From: Sphingomonas sp.
GTDB lineage: Bacteria > Pseudomonadota > Alphaproteobacteria > Sphingomonadales > Sphingomonadaceae
DNA: 64,000 nt
Reading direction: 5' to 3'
Assembly: GCF_019746015.1 (NCBI RefSeq)
Contig: NZ_JAIESM010000069.1
Location: forward strand, 22,208 to 86,207
How positions within the stretch are numbered: the first letter of the stretch is position 1; each line of letters starts with the position of its first letter. The position numbers were made by a program, and so were the translations under genes. This document shows, piece after piece, positions 32,691 through 41,916 of the stretch. The notes beneath the pieces are model-generated. The model made no database searches. It saw nothing but the letters and a program-made list of their open reading frames with translations, and was not told the origin of the DNA.

Positions 32691-33100
32691 TGCCCCGTGT
32701 TCGGCATCGACGCCCAGGGCTCGGCCGGGGGCAGCGCGGGGCCGGCCTGCAGCAGCTCGATCGAGATATTGTCGGGCGTGCGCACAAAGGCCATGCGCCC
32801 GTCGCGCGGCGGCCGGTTGATCGTCACGCCACCCGCCATCAGCCGCGCGCAGCTGTCATAGATATCGTCAACGGCATAAGCGAGATGGCCGAAATTGCGG
32901 CCCTCGCCATAATCTTCCGGGTCCCAATTGTGGGTCAGCTCGACCTGCGCGCCATGATCGCCGGGCGCCGCCATGAAGATGAGCGTGAAGCGCCCGGCTT
33001 CATTGTCATAACGGCGCACTTCTTCCAGCCCCAGCAGCCTGAAGAAGCCGACGGTCGCATCGGGATCATGAACGCGGATCATGGTGTGGAGATATTTCAC
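32684..33100 (-). CDS. gloA: Lactoylglutathione lyase (glyoxalase I, VOC)
   Basis: GTG start; YLHTMIRV, VELTHNWD, GRNFGHLAY, PDNISIELL; overlaps the gloB start. Confidence 0.85.
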   Translation of the reverse strand: MKYLHTMIRVHDPDATVGFFRLLGLEEVRRYDNEAGRFTLIFMAAPGDHGAQVELTHNWDPEDYGEGRNFGHLAYAVDDIYDSCARLMAGGVTINRPPRDGRMAFVRTPDNISIELLQAGPALPPAEPWASMPNTGHW

Positions 33101-33161
33101 GGACGGGCGCTCCTGGTTGGACGGTGGCGACGATAGGGGTGGTCGGGGCCGGGGTGCAACG

Positions 33162-33256
33162 GTGGCGGTGCCGGCCCACTCCCCCACCCGACCACCTATC
33201 AGGATACGCTCGTGGGTGGCCGGGTGGGGGAGTGGGCCGGTGCCGCCCAAACCTCA
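33162..33256 (-). repeat. Family A palindrome beginning at the TPR gene stop codon
   Basis: Minus strand reads TGA-GGTTTGGGCGGCACCGGCCCACTCCCCCACCCGG...GTATCCTGA...GGGTGGGGGAGTGGGCCGGCACCGCC. Confidence 0.88.
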
Positions 33257-34003
33257 AGGCGGCGGCGGGTCTTCGAACTGGCGCAGCGCGGCCTCCGCGC
33301 TGTTGGCGGCGTCGCTCCCCGGCTGGCGGGCAATGGCCTCGCGCCAGGCGGCCTGCGCGCCGGTGGCATCCCCCTCGCTCGCGGCGATGTTGCCGATCTC
33401 TACCAGGACAGAGGCATCATCGGGCGCCAGCCCATGCGCCTTGATCGCGTCGGCCTTGGCCAGCGGCAGGTCGCCCATCCGTCGCGCCAGCGTTGCCGAG
33501 GCGAGCCACAGCAGCGGGTCCTTGGCGGCGGTTTCCTTGGCCTTGTCGATATCGGTGCGCGCCGCCGCCAGCTCGCCGAGCAGGACGAGCGCGCGCGCCC
33601 GGTCCAGCCGCGCCTCGCCCAGCTGCAGCGCGACCAGATTGCCCGAGGCGAGTGCCGCATCGAGCGCCGCGCGCGCCTTTGCCGCGTCACCGGTGGCGAG
33701 CCAGGCGTTGCCGGCCTGCGCCCAATAGCGCGCGGCGCGCACATCGCGGTCCACCTCCGCCTCGCGCGCGGCCTCGGTGAATTCGGTGGCGGCGGCGGTC
33801 CACCGGTTCAGATTGGCATAGGCCATGCCCAGGCACTGGCGCGCATAATGGCGCCCGCCCTTGATGCGCCAGTCGGTCGCCTCCTCGATGCCGCGCCCGG
33901 GATCGTCGGTGGCCAGATCCAGGCAGCGTTCATAGCGCTCGGCAAAGGCCTGGCGCGGCGCCACCGGCTCCACGGCCTGCGCGGCGAGCAACAGCGCGAT
34001 CAT
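33254..34003 (-). CDS. Exported tetratricopeptide-repeat protein
   Basis: MIALLLAAQA signal-like start; AGNAWLA and EIGNIAA TPR helices; start overlaps the upstream stop. Confidence 0.75.
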   Translation of the reverse strand: MIALLLAAQAVEPVAPRQAFAERYERCLDLATDDPGRGIEEATDWRIKGGRHYARQCLGMAYANLNRWTAAATEFTEAAREAEVDRDVRAARYWAQAGNAWLATGDAAKARAALDAALASGNLVALQLGEARLDRARALVLLGELAAARTDIDKAKETAAKDPLLWLASATLARRMGDLPLAKADAIKAHGLAPDDASVLVEIGNIAASEGDATGAQAAWREAIARQPGSDAANSAEAALRQFEDPPPP

Positions 34004-34698
34004 CGGGCAACCTCCTCGATCGTTCGGATCAGCAGCGCGATGTCGGCCGCGCGCGACAGCCGATGGTCGCCATCCTTGATGAGCGTCAGCTGAACGTCGC
34101 CGCCGGCCAGCCGTTCCACCAGCTTCAGCGCAACCGCATAAGGCACATCGGCATCGGCCATGCCGTGGAGCAGCCGCACCGGCATGTGGAGTGCGATCGG
34201 CGCGTTGAGCAGGCGCAGCCGCGCGCCCGATTCCCACAGCGCCCGGGTATAGAGTGTGGGTTCCGGGCCATAGGGGGAGGGGCGCAGCAGCCGCCCGTCG
34301 GCCAACAGCGTGCGCTGCTCGTCCGCGCTGAACCCCCAGTCGGTGAAATCGGGTGCGGCGGCCACGCCCACCAGCGCCGCCACCCGGCCGGGCCGGGCAA
34401 GCGCGGCCGACAGCATCAGCCAGCCCCCCATGGACGAGCCGACCAGCACCACCGGCCCCGCCACCTGGTCGATCATCGCGATCACGTCGTCGCGCCAGTC
34501 TTCCAGCGTCATCGCCGCGAAATCGCCCCCGCTTTGGCCGCAGCCGCGATAATCGAAGCGGAGCGCCGCGCGGCCGCCGGCGCGCGCCCAGCCGTCAATC
34601 GCCAGCGCCTTGGTGCCGGCCATGTCGCTGGCATAGCCGGGCAGGAACAGCACCACCGGCCCGGCGCCGGGGGTATAATGATGGGCAAGCGCGCTCAT
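34000..34698 (-). CDS. Alpha/beta hydrolase (ABHD10-like)
   Basis: FLPGYASDMAGTKA, RFDYRGCGQS, VGSSMGGW, LHGMAD, KDGDHRLS. Confidence 0.88.
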   Translation of the reverse strand: MSALAHHYTPGAGPVVLFLPGYASDMAGTKALAIDGWARAGGRAALRFDYRGCGQSGGDFAAMTLEDWRDDVIAMIDQVAGPVVLVGSSMGGWLMLSAALARPGRVAALVGVAAAPDFTDWGFSADEQRTLLADGRLLRPSPYGPEPTLYTRALWESGARLRLLNAPIALHMPVRLLHGMADADVPYAVALKLVERLAGGDVQLTLIKDGDHRLSRAADIALLIRTIEEVAR

Positions 34699-34729
34699 GC
34701 CTGCGCGCCATAGGGCGCCGTGGCGGCGA

Positions 34730-35854
34730 TTAGAAGATCACGTTGCCGCGTTTCACCTTCGGATCGGCCGAACAGATGGTGCGCAGCGCCTGCCACTCGA
34801 CCGGGGTCAGCACCGGGGCGTACCCGCCATGGCCGCGCGCGGCGGCGGCAAAGCGTTCGGCGCGGCCGGCGCTGTTGGGGTGGGAGGAGACATAGTCGAG
34901 CATCTCGGCCGCCTTGACGACGCCGCTCTTTTCGCCCTTCGTCCCCGGTTTTTTCGCCGCGCCGCCGGACAGGCGATTGAAAAAGGCTGCGGTCGCCGCC
35001 GGGCTGATGTCGCCATGCGCCATCGCGTCGATGGCAAAGCCGTCGGCCGCGGTTTCGGCCTGGCGCGAATAGGCGCTGGACAGCACCAGATCGGTATAGC
35101 CGCGCACATTGCCTTCCAGCCCGCCGAGCAGGAAGCTCAGCCCCAGCTGGCGCACCAACGTCGCCAGCACGTCGCGGTGCGCGACATGGCCCAGCTCGTG
35201 CCCGGTCACGCCCGCCACTTCGTCCGCCGACTCCGCCTGTTTCAGAAGCCCTTCGAAAATGATCACCCGCCCGCCGGGCAGCGTGACCGCGTTCACCATC
35301 GGGATGGCGGCCACCTCGATCCGGGCCTGTGCGGGGTCGGCGCCCAGCCGGCGGGCGAGCGTGTCGAGCGCGGCCTGCCCCGCCGGCGCGGCGCACAGCC
35401 GCCCGCCGAAATCGCCAACCATCGCATCGCCCAGCTGGCGCTCCACGCTGCGCGGCACCAGCGCGACGACGACGCCGGGCACATAGCTCAAGCCCACCAG
35501 CGTGACGGCGGCAATCACCGCGAACAGCGCCGCCGCCGGCCACAGCCCCAGCCGGTCGATCACCCCGCCATAGCGCGCGGCGCCCGGCAATTGCGCGGCA
35601 AAGCCGTCGGGCAGCGGCCCCTCCAGCCCCAATTGCCAGCCGGGCCGCGCCTTCAGCCCATAGACGCGGGTGCTGCCCTGCGCCGGCTGCGCGACCAGAT
35701 CGACCAGGCGATAGGCGCGAAACGCCTCACCCGCGCCCACCAGATGCAGATGGCCGCCATCGATAAAGGCGCGCACCCGGTGGCGGATGGCGGTTTCGCC
35801 ATCATAGTGCCAGCCCTGCGCGGCGTCGGCCGGGTCTTCAGAAAGCGCCGACAT
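34730..35854 (-). CDS. M48-family zinc metallopeptidase
   Basis: NAVTLPGG, GHELGH (HExxH), AYSRQAETAAD, SHP; follows a DUF898 gene. Confidence 0.88.
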   Translation of the reverse strand: MSALSEDPADAAQGWHYDGETAIRHRVRAFIDGGHLHLVGAGEAFRAYRLVDLVAQPAQGSTRVYGLKARPGWQLGLEGPLPDGFAAQLPGAARYGGVIDRLGLWPAAALFAVIAAVTLVGLSYVPGVVVALVPRSVERQLGDAMVGDFGGRLCAAPAGQAALDTLARRLGADPAQARIEVAAIPMVNAVTLPGGRVIIFEGLLKQAESADEVAGVTGHELGHVAHRDVLATLVRQLGLSFLLGGLEGNVRGYTDLVLSSAYSRQAETAADGFAIDAMAHGDISPAATAAFFNRLSGGAAKKPGTKGEKSGVVKAAEMLDYVSSHPNSAGRAERFAAAARGHGGYAPVLTPVEWQALRTICSADPKVKRGNVIF

Positions 35855-36926
35855 CAAAGGCATCCAGCAGCCCCTCGCCCTGGCCGGGCTCACGGGTGGT
35901 CGACTGGGTCAGCTCGTCGACATGGACTTCGCCATAGGCTTCCATGTGCGTGATGAAGAATTTCCAGTTGCGATAGCCGAGGAAAATCGTGCCCACGCCC
36001 AGCGTGCAGACAACCAGCGCCAGATTGCCGAGCGCCAGCTTGATCCAGTCCCAGCTGCGCGCCTTGAACGCGAATTCCAGTCCCCCCAGCCGCAACCCGC
36101 CAATCGCCTCCCGGAAAAAGGCGGCGTAGTAGAAGATCGCGACAAGGCCGAGCAGGGCGATAACGGCGAAATAGGCCCCGATAACCACGAGGGCGATAGC
36201 CGCCCCCATTTCGCTAGGCGCACCCCCGGGGACGGGCATCTTCGCGCCGGAGCTGAGCGCGGCAGCGATCAAGACGATAGCGGCGAAAACCGCCGCGAAC
36301 GGCACCGCATAGAATAGCAGAAAGCGCTTCATCAGCACCTCGAACCGCGCGCCGGAGACGAACTCCAGCGGGCCAAAGCTCATCTCGCGCCAGCGCATGT
36401 TCCACAGCTCGGTCATCGACCAGGGGATCAGCAGCCCCAGGCACAGCGAGCCGGCGAGCGTGCGCCACATATAGCTGAGGCCATAGCGCAGCCCCTGGCT
36501 GCTGCTGCCGCCGCGAATGCCGCGCCAGAAGGTGCGGCTGAGCCGGTATCGCAACGCCCGGAAGATCGCGACGCCGCCAAGATAGAGGATCGCAAAATAG
36601 AGCGAGACGCCGATCAGCCCGGCGACCACCACATAGCCCCGGATCGCCAGCGCCTGCAGCCCGAAATTGAGGATGCCCAGCGGCACGCCGAACAGGAAGA
36701 TCGCGATCACATAGCCGATCAGCAGTTCAACCCCGGTGCCGGTCCATTGCAGCCGCTCGTCGATGAACCGCGTCTGGCCCCACAGATATTGCCGTTCGCG
36801 CGTACGTGCCCAGAAAGTATAGACACCCAGCGTGACAATACACAGCAGCAAATTGGTGAAGGCAATCGGCGCGAATTGGCGCCAGTTGCCATGAAATTCG
36901 AACGCGCTGTCGGTTTTTGCGAGCAT
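35838..36926 (-). CDS. YjgN / DUF898 inner-membrane protein
   Basis: FEFHGNW, NLLLCIVTLGVYTFWARTR, RYRLSRTFWRGIR, multiple TM segments. Confidence 0.88.
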   Translation of the reverse strand: MLAKTDSAFEFHGNWRQFAPIAFTNLLLCIVTLGVYTFWARTRERQYLWGQTRFIDERLQWTGTGVELLIGYVIAIFLFGVPLGILNFGLQALAIRGYVVVAGLIGVSLYFAILYLGGVAIFRALRYRLSRTFWRGIRGGSSSQGLRYGLSYMWRTLAGSLCLGLLIPWSMTELWNMRWREMSFGPLEFVSGARFEVLMKRFLLFYAVPFAAVFAAIVLIAAALSSGAKMPVPGGAPSEMGAAIALVVIGAYFAVIALLGLVAIFYYAAFFREAIGGLRLGGLEFAFKARSWDWIKLALGNLALVVCTLGVGTIFLGYRNWKFFITHMEAYGEVHVDELTQSTTREPGQGEGLLDAFDVGAF

Positions 36927-37006
36927 TGGGCACCCCCAATGCTGGTGGAGCAAGTCACGCGGCCGCCGTCAAATGATTCTTGGTGGCCAATGCGCGGGCT
37001 GGCGCC

Positions 37007-37897
37007 CTAGCGCGCGTCGAGAAAGGCGTTCAGCGCGGCCGAAAAGCGCGCCGGCTGGTCGAGCATGATGAAATGCCAGCTGTCGGCAACCGGCACCAGC
37101 GTCGCCGGCGACCCGGCATAGCTGCTCTCCCAGATCACTTTCGCCCTCGGCCCGGCGCCGGTGGCGTAGAGCACGGTGAAGGGCCTGGCGGTCACCTTTG
37201 CCAGCTCGGGCCGCAGGTCGGTGGTCATCACTTCATACAGCGCCTGCGCGGTCACTTTCGGATCGGCCTTGGCGCCCCAGTTGGCGACCTTGATCCGCCC
37301 CTCTGGCGTGATCGACCAGATGCCGCCAGGATCGGCGGTGACGGGCGCGGCGGGGGCGGGCGCTGCGAGTGTCTGTGCGCGCGCCTGTTCGGCAAAGGCG
37401 CGCGCCTTTTCCACCGTCATGCCGGGGTCGTAGAGCAGGCTGAAAAAGGGCAGCGCATCGACCACCATCACGCGGCCGGTTGCCGCCGGATAGCGCGCGC
37501 CCATCATCATCGCCAGAAACCCGCCCATCGAATGGCCGATGATGGCGGGCTTTTGCAGCTTGTGCTTGGCGATATAGCTGTTGAGGTCGGCGGCGATGCC
37601 GTCGAGCAGCCCCGCCTTTCCATTGTCTCCCGCCGCATCGCCGCCAAAGCCGTTGACCTGCACCAGATAGACGCGGTGCGTCTTCGCCAGATCGGGCGCG
37701 ACACCGTCCCACACGGCGCGGGGGCTGGCGAGGCCGGGGATCAGGATGACGGGCGTGCCGCCGGTGCCAAGCGTCGTGACCGAGATATGGGCGAGCCGCT
37801 CCTCGGCCGGCGCTGCCTGGCATGTCGCGGCGGTTGGCTGGAGCAGGGCGACCGGCGCGAGGACGGCGACGGCAAGGCGCAGCGCGAACCGGGTCAT
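37007..37897 (-). CDS. Exported alpha/beta hydrolase
   Basis: Signal peptide, LIPGLAS, GHSMGG, VDALPF, HFIMLDQP. Confidence 0.85.
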   Translation of the reverse strand: MTRFALRLAVAVLAPVALLQPTAATCQAAPAEERLAHISVTTLGTGGTPVILIPGLASPRAVWDGVAPDLAKTHRVYLVQVNGFGGDAAGDNGKAGLLDGIAADLNSYIAKHKLQKPAIIGHSMGGFLAMMMGARYPAATGRVMVVDALPFFSLLYDPGMTVEKARAFAEQARAQTLAAPAPAAPVTADPGGIWSITPEGRIKVANWGAKADPKVTAQALYEVMTTDLRPELAKVTARPFTVLYATGAGPRAKVIWESSYAGSPATLVPVADSWHFIMLDQPARFSAALNAFLDAR

Positions 37898-37898
37898 C

Positions 37899-38102
37899 TC
37901 ATTGCTCCTTCGATGGACTGGTGAAAATCTCTTCGATGGTCAGCCCGAACAGCTCGGCAATGCGAAAGGCGAGCGGCAGCGACGGGTCGTAGCGCCCGGT
38001 CTCGATTGCGTTCACGCTCTGGCGCGACACGTCGAGCCGCTCGGCCAGGTCGCCCTGGCTCCAGCCGCGCGCGGCGCGCAGCTCGCGCAGGCTGTTCTTC
38101 AT
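37899..38102 (-). CDS. XRE-family HTH transcriptional regulator
   Basis: SQGDLAERLDVSRQSVNAIETGRYDPSLPLAF. Confidence 0.92.
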   Translation of the reverse strand: MKNSLRELRAARGWSQGDLAERLDVSRQSVNAIETGRYDPSLPLAFRIAELFGLTIEEIFTSPSKEQ

Positions 38103-38509
38103 TGGGCCGCTTCCCGCTCGATCACCAGATTGACCAGGCTGCCCACGCCCAGCCCGCCGAACCAGATCACCGGGATGAAGAAGGTCGGCAGATGCGTCGC
38201 ATCGGCATAGATTTCCAGAAAGCCCCAGATGCTGGCGACAGACAGCGTAACCGCGGTTGCAACCAGCGCCTTGCGGATTTCCAGCAGCCGCAGATATTCG
38301 TCGCTTAGTTCAACAATATAGCGGCCGATGCACCAGAACATGCCGATGATCGGCACCGCCGGCAGCGCCGCGATCAGCCACAGCAGCGGCCCCTGCGCCG
38401 TCCACGCCCAGATCGCATAGGGCGCGGCGAACACCAGCACCGCATAGGCAATCGTCAACGGCACGAAGCGGCTGAGATAGGTACGGGCAGCAGCGGACAT
38501 GCGGGGCAC
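38099..38509 (-). CDS. Small four-TM membrane protein
   Basis: Four hydrophobic segments, LSDEYLR loop, ATGA coupling to the XRE gene. Confidence 0.75.
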   Translation of the reverse strand: MPRMSAAARTYLSRFVPLTIAYAVLVFAAPYAIWAWTAQGPLLWLIAALPAVPIIGMFWCIGRYIVELSDEYLRLLEIRKALVATAVTLSVASIWGFLEIYADATHLPTFFIPVIWFGGLGVGSLVNLVIEREAAQ

Positions 38510-38530
38510 GACGGGCTTCCTTTCGACTCG

Positions 38531-38580
38531 GTAAAGGAAGCTTTACAGTCAAGGTCGCTTGTCAGTCAAGCAAGCTTTCC
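38531..38580. promoter_or_regulatory. Tandem inverted-repeat operators, probable XRE sites
   Basis: GTAAAG-GAAG-CTTTAC (38531-38546) and degenerate GTCAAG-CAAG-CTTTCC (38565-38580); TTGACT on the minus strand. Confidence 0.55.
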
Positions 38581-38590
38581 ATCGTGCCGG

Positions 38591-38842
38591 TCAGATCACA
38601 TAGTCGACCGTCATCATCTGTGTCTGTGCGGCGCGGGCGGCGTTGCGCTTGCGCACCAGCGTCGCGTGCAGCTCGTTCACCGTGTCGCTGCCCGCCGTCT
38701 GCCACAGAAAGGGCAGCAGGCCGTGCACCATGCAGCGCGCGCCGCCCCACACCATCCGCGCGCCAAACCGCGTCGCCACGCCGAAATGCGCGGCATAGCT
38801 TTCGCCGACGGACGCGGGGTGATCGGTGAACAGGCGCAGCAT
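38591..38842 (-). CDS. DUF6356-family small protein
   Basis: LFTDHPASVGESY..H, VHGLLPFLWQTAGS. Confidence 0.75.
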   Translation of the reverse strand: MLRLFTDHPASVGESYAAHFGVATRFGARMVWGGARCMVHGLLPFLWQTAGSDTVNELHATLVRKRNAARAAQTQMMTVDYVI

Positions 38843-38878
38843 CGGTGTCTCCAGTTGAACGGGCCAAGGGCGAAAACG

Positions 38879-40288
38879 CTACACCCGTTCGGCCACCCGC
38901 GCCAGCATCTGCGCGGCCAGCTCGCTCAGGCTGTCGTCGCGCGCGCCCATCACGACGATGCGGTCGCCCGGCCGGGCGGCGGCGACCAGCGCCTCGGCGG
39001 CGGCGGCGCGATCGGCAATGTGGCGGGCCGGCGCGCCGCGCGCGACCAGATCGGCCACGATGTCGGCGCTGGTCACTTCGCGGCTGACGGTGCCGCCGAA
39101 ATAGGCCGGGTCGCACAGCACCAGTTGATCCTCTGCATTCAGCCGCGCCGCCAGGCTTTCCACCAGTTCGGCGCGCATCACCTTCAGCGGGCCATAGCCA
39201 TGCGGCTGAAACAGCAGCAGCAGCCGGCCGGGAAAGGCGTGGAGCGTGTCGAGCGTCGCGGCAATCTTGTCGGGATTGTGCGCGAAATCGTCGATCACCC
39301 CGATGCCGCCCGCCGTGCCGACCAGGTCCATCCGGCGCTTCAGCCCCTTGAAATCCTCGATCGCCGCCATCGCCCCGGCCAGTGGCACGCCCGCCGCCTC
39401 GACCGCCGCCAGCGCGGCGAGCGCATTGGCGACATTGTGCCGCCCCGGCACGTTCAGCCGCACCCGGCCCGCCACCGCGCCGCGCACGACCAGCGTGAAG
39501 GCGGCGGCAAAGGGTTCCTCGACAATGTCGGTCGCGGCATGGGTGGCGCCGGCCGCGCCCGCGATCGAAAAGCGCGCAACCGTCGCTGGCGCATGGGCGG
39601 CGAGCAGCGCGGCCGCCTCGGCATCGTCGGCGTTCACCACCGCGGCCTTCGCCCGGCCGATAAAGCCGCCGAACAGCGCGCGCAGTTCATCCAGCGACTT
39701 GTGGTCGAGGCTGACATTGTTCAGCACCGCGACCACAGGGTTGTAGAGCGCGATCGAGCCATCGCTTTCGTCCACCTCGCTGACGAACGGCCCGCCATCG
39801 CCCACCAGCGCGCTGGCGAACGGCGCTTCGGGCCGCGCGAAATTCTTCATCACCGCGCCGTTCATCACCGTCGGTTCGCGGTCGAGCGCGTGGAGAATCC
39901 AGCCGATCATGCCGGTGACGGTCGATTTGCCGCTGGTGCCGGCCACGCCGATGGAGGTGCCCGCGCGGTTGAACAGCGTGCTGAGCAGCTCGGCGCGGCT
40001 CAGCCGGCGCGCGCCCACCCGGTCGGCGGCGACGATGTCGGGCACGCTTGCCTCCACCGCGGCGGAGGCGACCACGATCTGGTCCGCGCGGGTAACGCCG
40101 CTGCCGTCCTGCGGGTGGAGCGTGATGCCCAGCGCCCGGAGTGCGGCGAATTTCGCCGCCACCCGCCCCTGGTCCAGCCCCCGGTCGGAACCGGCGACCT
40201 CGGCCCCCTGGCCGGCCAGGATCATGGCAAGCGGCATCATCCCCGATCCGCCGATGCCCACGAAGAAATAGTTGTTTCCAGCCATCAC
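38879..40288 (-). CDS. Mur ligase family protein (MurC/Mpl-like paralogue)
   Basis: [48 protein letters not shown]. Confidence 0.85.
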   Translation of the reverse strand: MMAGNNYFFVGIGGSGMMPLAMILAGQGAEVAGSDRGLDQGRVAAKFAALRALGITLHPQDGSGVTRADQIVVASAAVEASVPDIVAADRVGARRLSRAELLSTLFNRAGTSIGVAGTSGKSTVTGMIGWILHALDREPTVMNGAVMKNFARPEAPFASALVGDGGPFVSEVDESDGSIALYNPVVAVLNNVSLDHKSLDELRALFGGFIGRAKAAVVNADDAEAAALLAAHAPATVARFSIAGAAGATHAATDIVEEPFAAAFTLVVRGAVAGRVRLNVPGRHNVANALAALAAVEAAGVPLAGAMAAIEDFKGLKRRMDLVGTAGGIGVIDDFAHNPDKIAATLDTLHAFPGRLLLLFQPHGYGPLKVMRAELVESLAARLNAEDQLVLCDPAYFGGTVSREVTSADIVADLVARGAPARHIADRAAAAEALVAAARPGDRIVVMGARDDSLSELAAQMLARVAERV

Positions 40289-40324
40289 CGGCGGCTATCG
40301 CGGCAAAAGATCAGGAGAGCAAGG

Positions 40325-41140
40325 ATGCGTATCGGCGTCGTCGCACCGGCCAAATCGATCGATCCGGCGCTGGCGGACAGTGCGCGCGTGCTCGCGGCCA
40401 ATCGCTTTCCCGGCGTGGAGCTGGTCATCGATCCGCAATGCTATCTGTCCGACGGGCATTTTGCCGGGCCGGATGCCACGCGCGCGGATGCCTTTGTGGC
40501 GATGGCGAATGATCCCGCGATCGACGCGATCTGGTTCGCGCGGGGCGGCTATGGCTCGGGCCGCATCCTCGCCGCCGCGCTGCCGCGCCTCACCAAGGCG
40601 GCCGAGCGCAAGACGTACATGGGCTATTCCGACATGGGCTTCCTGCTGGGCGCGCTTTATGCCCGGCGGCTGGGGCGGGTGGCGCATGGGCCGATGCTGG
40701 GCGATCTGGCGCGCGAGGGCGGCGGGGCGGCGGCTGCACGCGCGCTCGCCTGGCTGGCCCGGGGGGACCGGTCGAGCCTGGAAGGGGGGCTGGGCACGCG
40801 GCCGGCGGCGGCCTTCAACCTGGCGATCCTGGCCGCGCTTTGCGGCACGCCCTGGCTGCCCGATCTGGCGGACCATGTGCTGCTGGTGGAGGATGTGTCA
40901 GAGCCGCTCTACCGCGTCGACCGGCTGCTGTTCCAGCTGGCCCACGCCACCCAGCTGAAGGGCGTGGCCGGCGTGCGGCTGGGCCGGGTGAGCGACATCC
41001 AGCCCAACGACCCGCCCTGGCGCGAGCCGCTCGACATGATGATCCGGCGCTGGTGCGCGGAAATGGGCGTGCCCTATCTGGGGCCGGCCGATATCGGCCA
41101 TGATGTCGATAACAAGGTGGTGCCGTTCGGGCTGGCGTGA
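40325..41140 (+). CDS. ldcA: LD-carboxypeptidase (peptidase S66)
   Basis: [30 protein letters not shown]. Confidence 0.85.
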   Translation: MRIGVVAPAKSIDPALADSARVLAANRFPGVELVIDPQCYLSDGHFAGPDATRADAFVAMANDPAIDAIWFARGGYGSGRILAAALPRLTKAAERKTYMGYSDMGFLLGALYARRLGRVAHGPMLGDLAREGGGAAAARALAWLARGDRSSLEGGLGTRPAAAFNLAILAALCGTPWLPDLADHVLLVEDVSEPLYRVDRLLFQLAHATQLKGVAGVRLGRVSDIQPNDPPWREPLDMMIRRWCAEMGVPYLGPADIGHDVDNKVVPFGLA

Positions 41141-41916
41141 CGGGGGCGAGGGGGGCCGGTTCCAGTATACCGGCCAGAAATGGATCGCGGAGCTGGGCCT
41201 CTATGATTATAAAGCCCGCATGTACTCGCCCACGCTCGGCCGGTTCCTGCAGACCGACCCCATCGGCTATGGCGATGGGATGAACTGGTACAATTATGTC
41301 GGCAGCGATCCGGTCAATAAGATCGATCCGAGCGGGATGAAGGAATGTCCGGCGGGAACGGTCTATGTGCCGCACAATGGCGGATGGACAACCAACAATG
41401 GCGAAATCGTCGTAACTGGAATTCCGGGTACTTGCGAGGCCCTCAACACAAGTTCTGGCCCCACCCCCGGACCTGTGGACGGTGGCAACGCTGCACCGCC
41501 GCTGGAGCCAGAGGTGGTGGTTACTGCGCCTCGCTGTCCCCCGGTTCCCAGCCCGGGTTATGGGCCTGATGAGCTGAATAGACGTGTGAACAGTAGCGCA
41601 TTGAGGGCGTCATTTCGAAATAAGTACCTTTTTGGGCATAGGTAATCGAGAAGAATTGTTTGCTAAAAGTGCTCCATATTCTTTTAATGATTCAAAATCT
41701 TATGTAAGACGCTCTGAAAAATAAGGCAATTTTTTGTTTGGAGCAGAAGCAGCTGCTGCCGGCTTGAGCTTGAAAGAGGCATTGGAATGGGGCAAAAATG
41801 CACAAATTATACAAGATTTGATCAAGTTAAAATTTCCTAAGGGGCGCGATAGCCCAGGCGATGCCGCATTGATAACTCTCGGATACAAGTATTATTCAAG
41901 AGGATGCTCGAAGTGA
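41141..41916 (+). pseudogene. Orphan Rhs core end plus Ntox44-like toxin tip, broken by one frameshift and one stop
   Basis: [60 protein letters not shown]; frame change between 41605 and 41643; TAA at 41722; DSK, GNFLFG and DSPGD motifs. Confidence 0.85.

Noticed and set aside
38666-40324. 824-aa ORF as a long LdcA
   Set aside because: The N-terminal ~550 aa are antisense to the Mur ligase; S66 motifs start at MRIGVV (40325).
41100-41645. 181-aa ORF as an intact expressed gene
   Set aside because: Its ATG lies inside ldcA with no SD, Rhs homology starts only at ~41157, and the toxin motifs continue in another frame.
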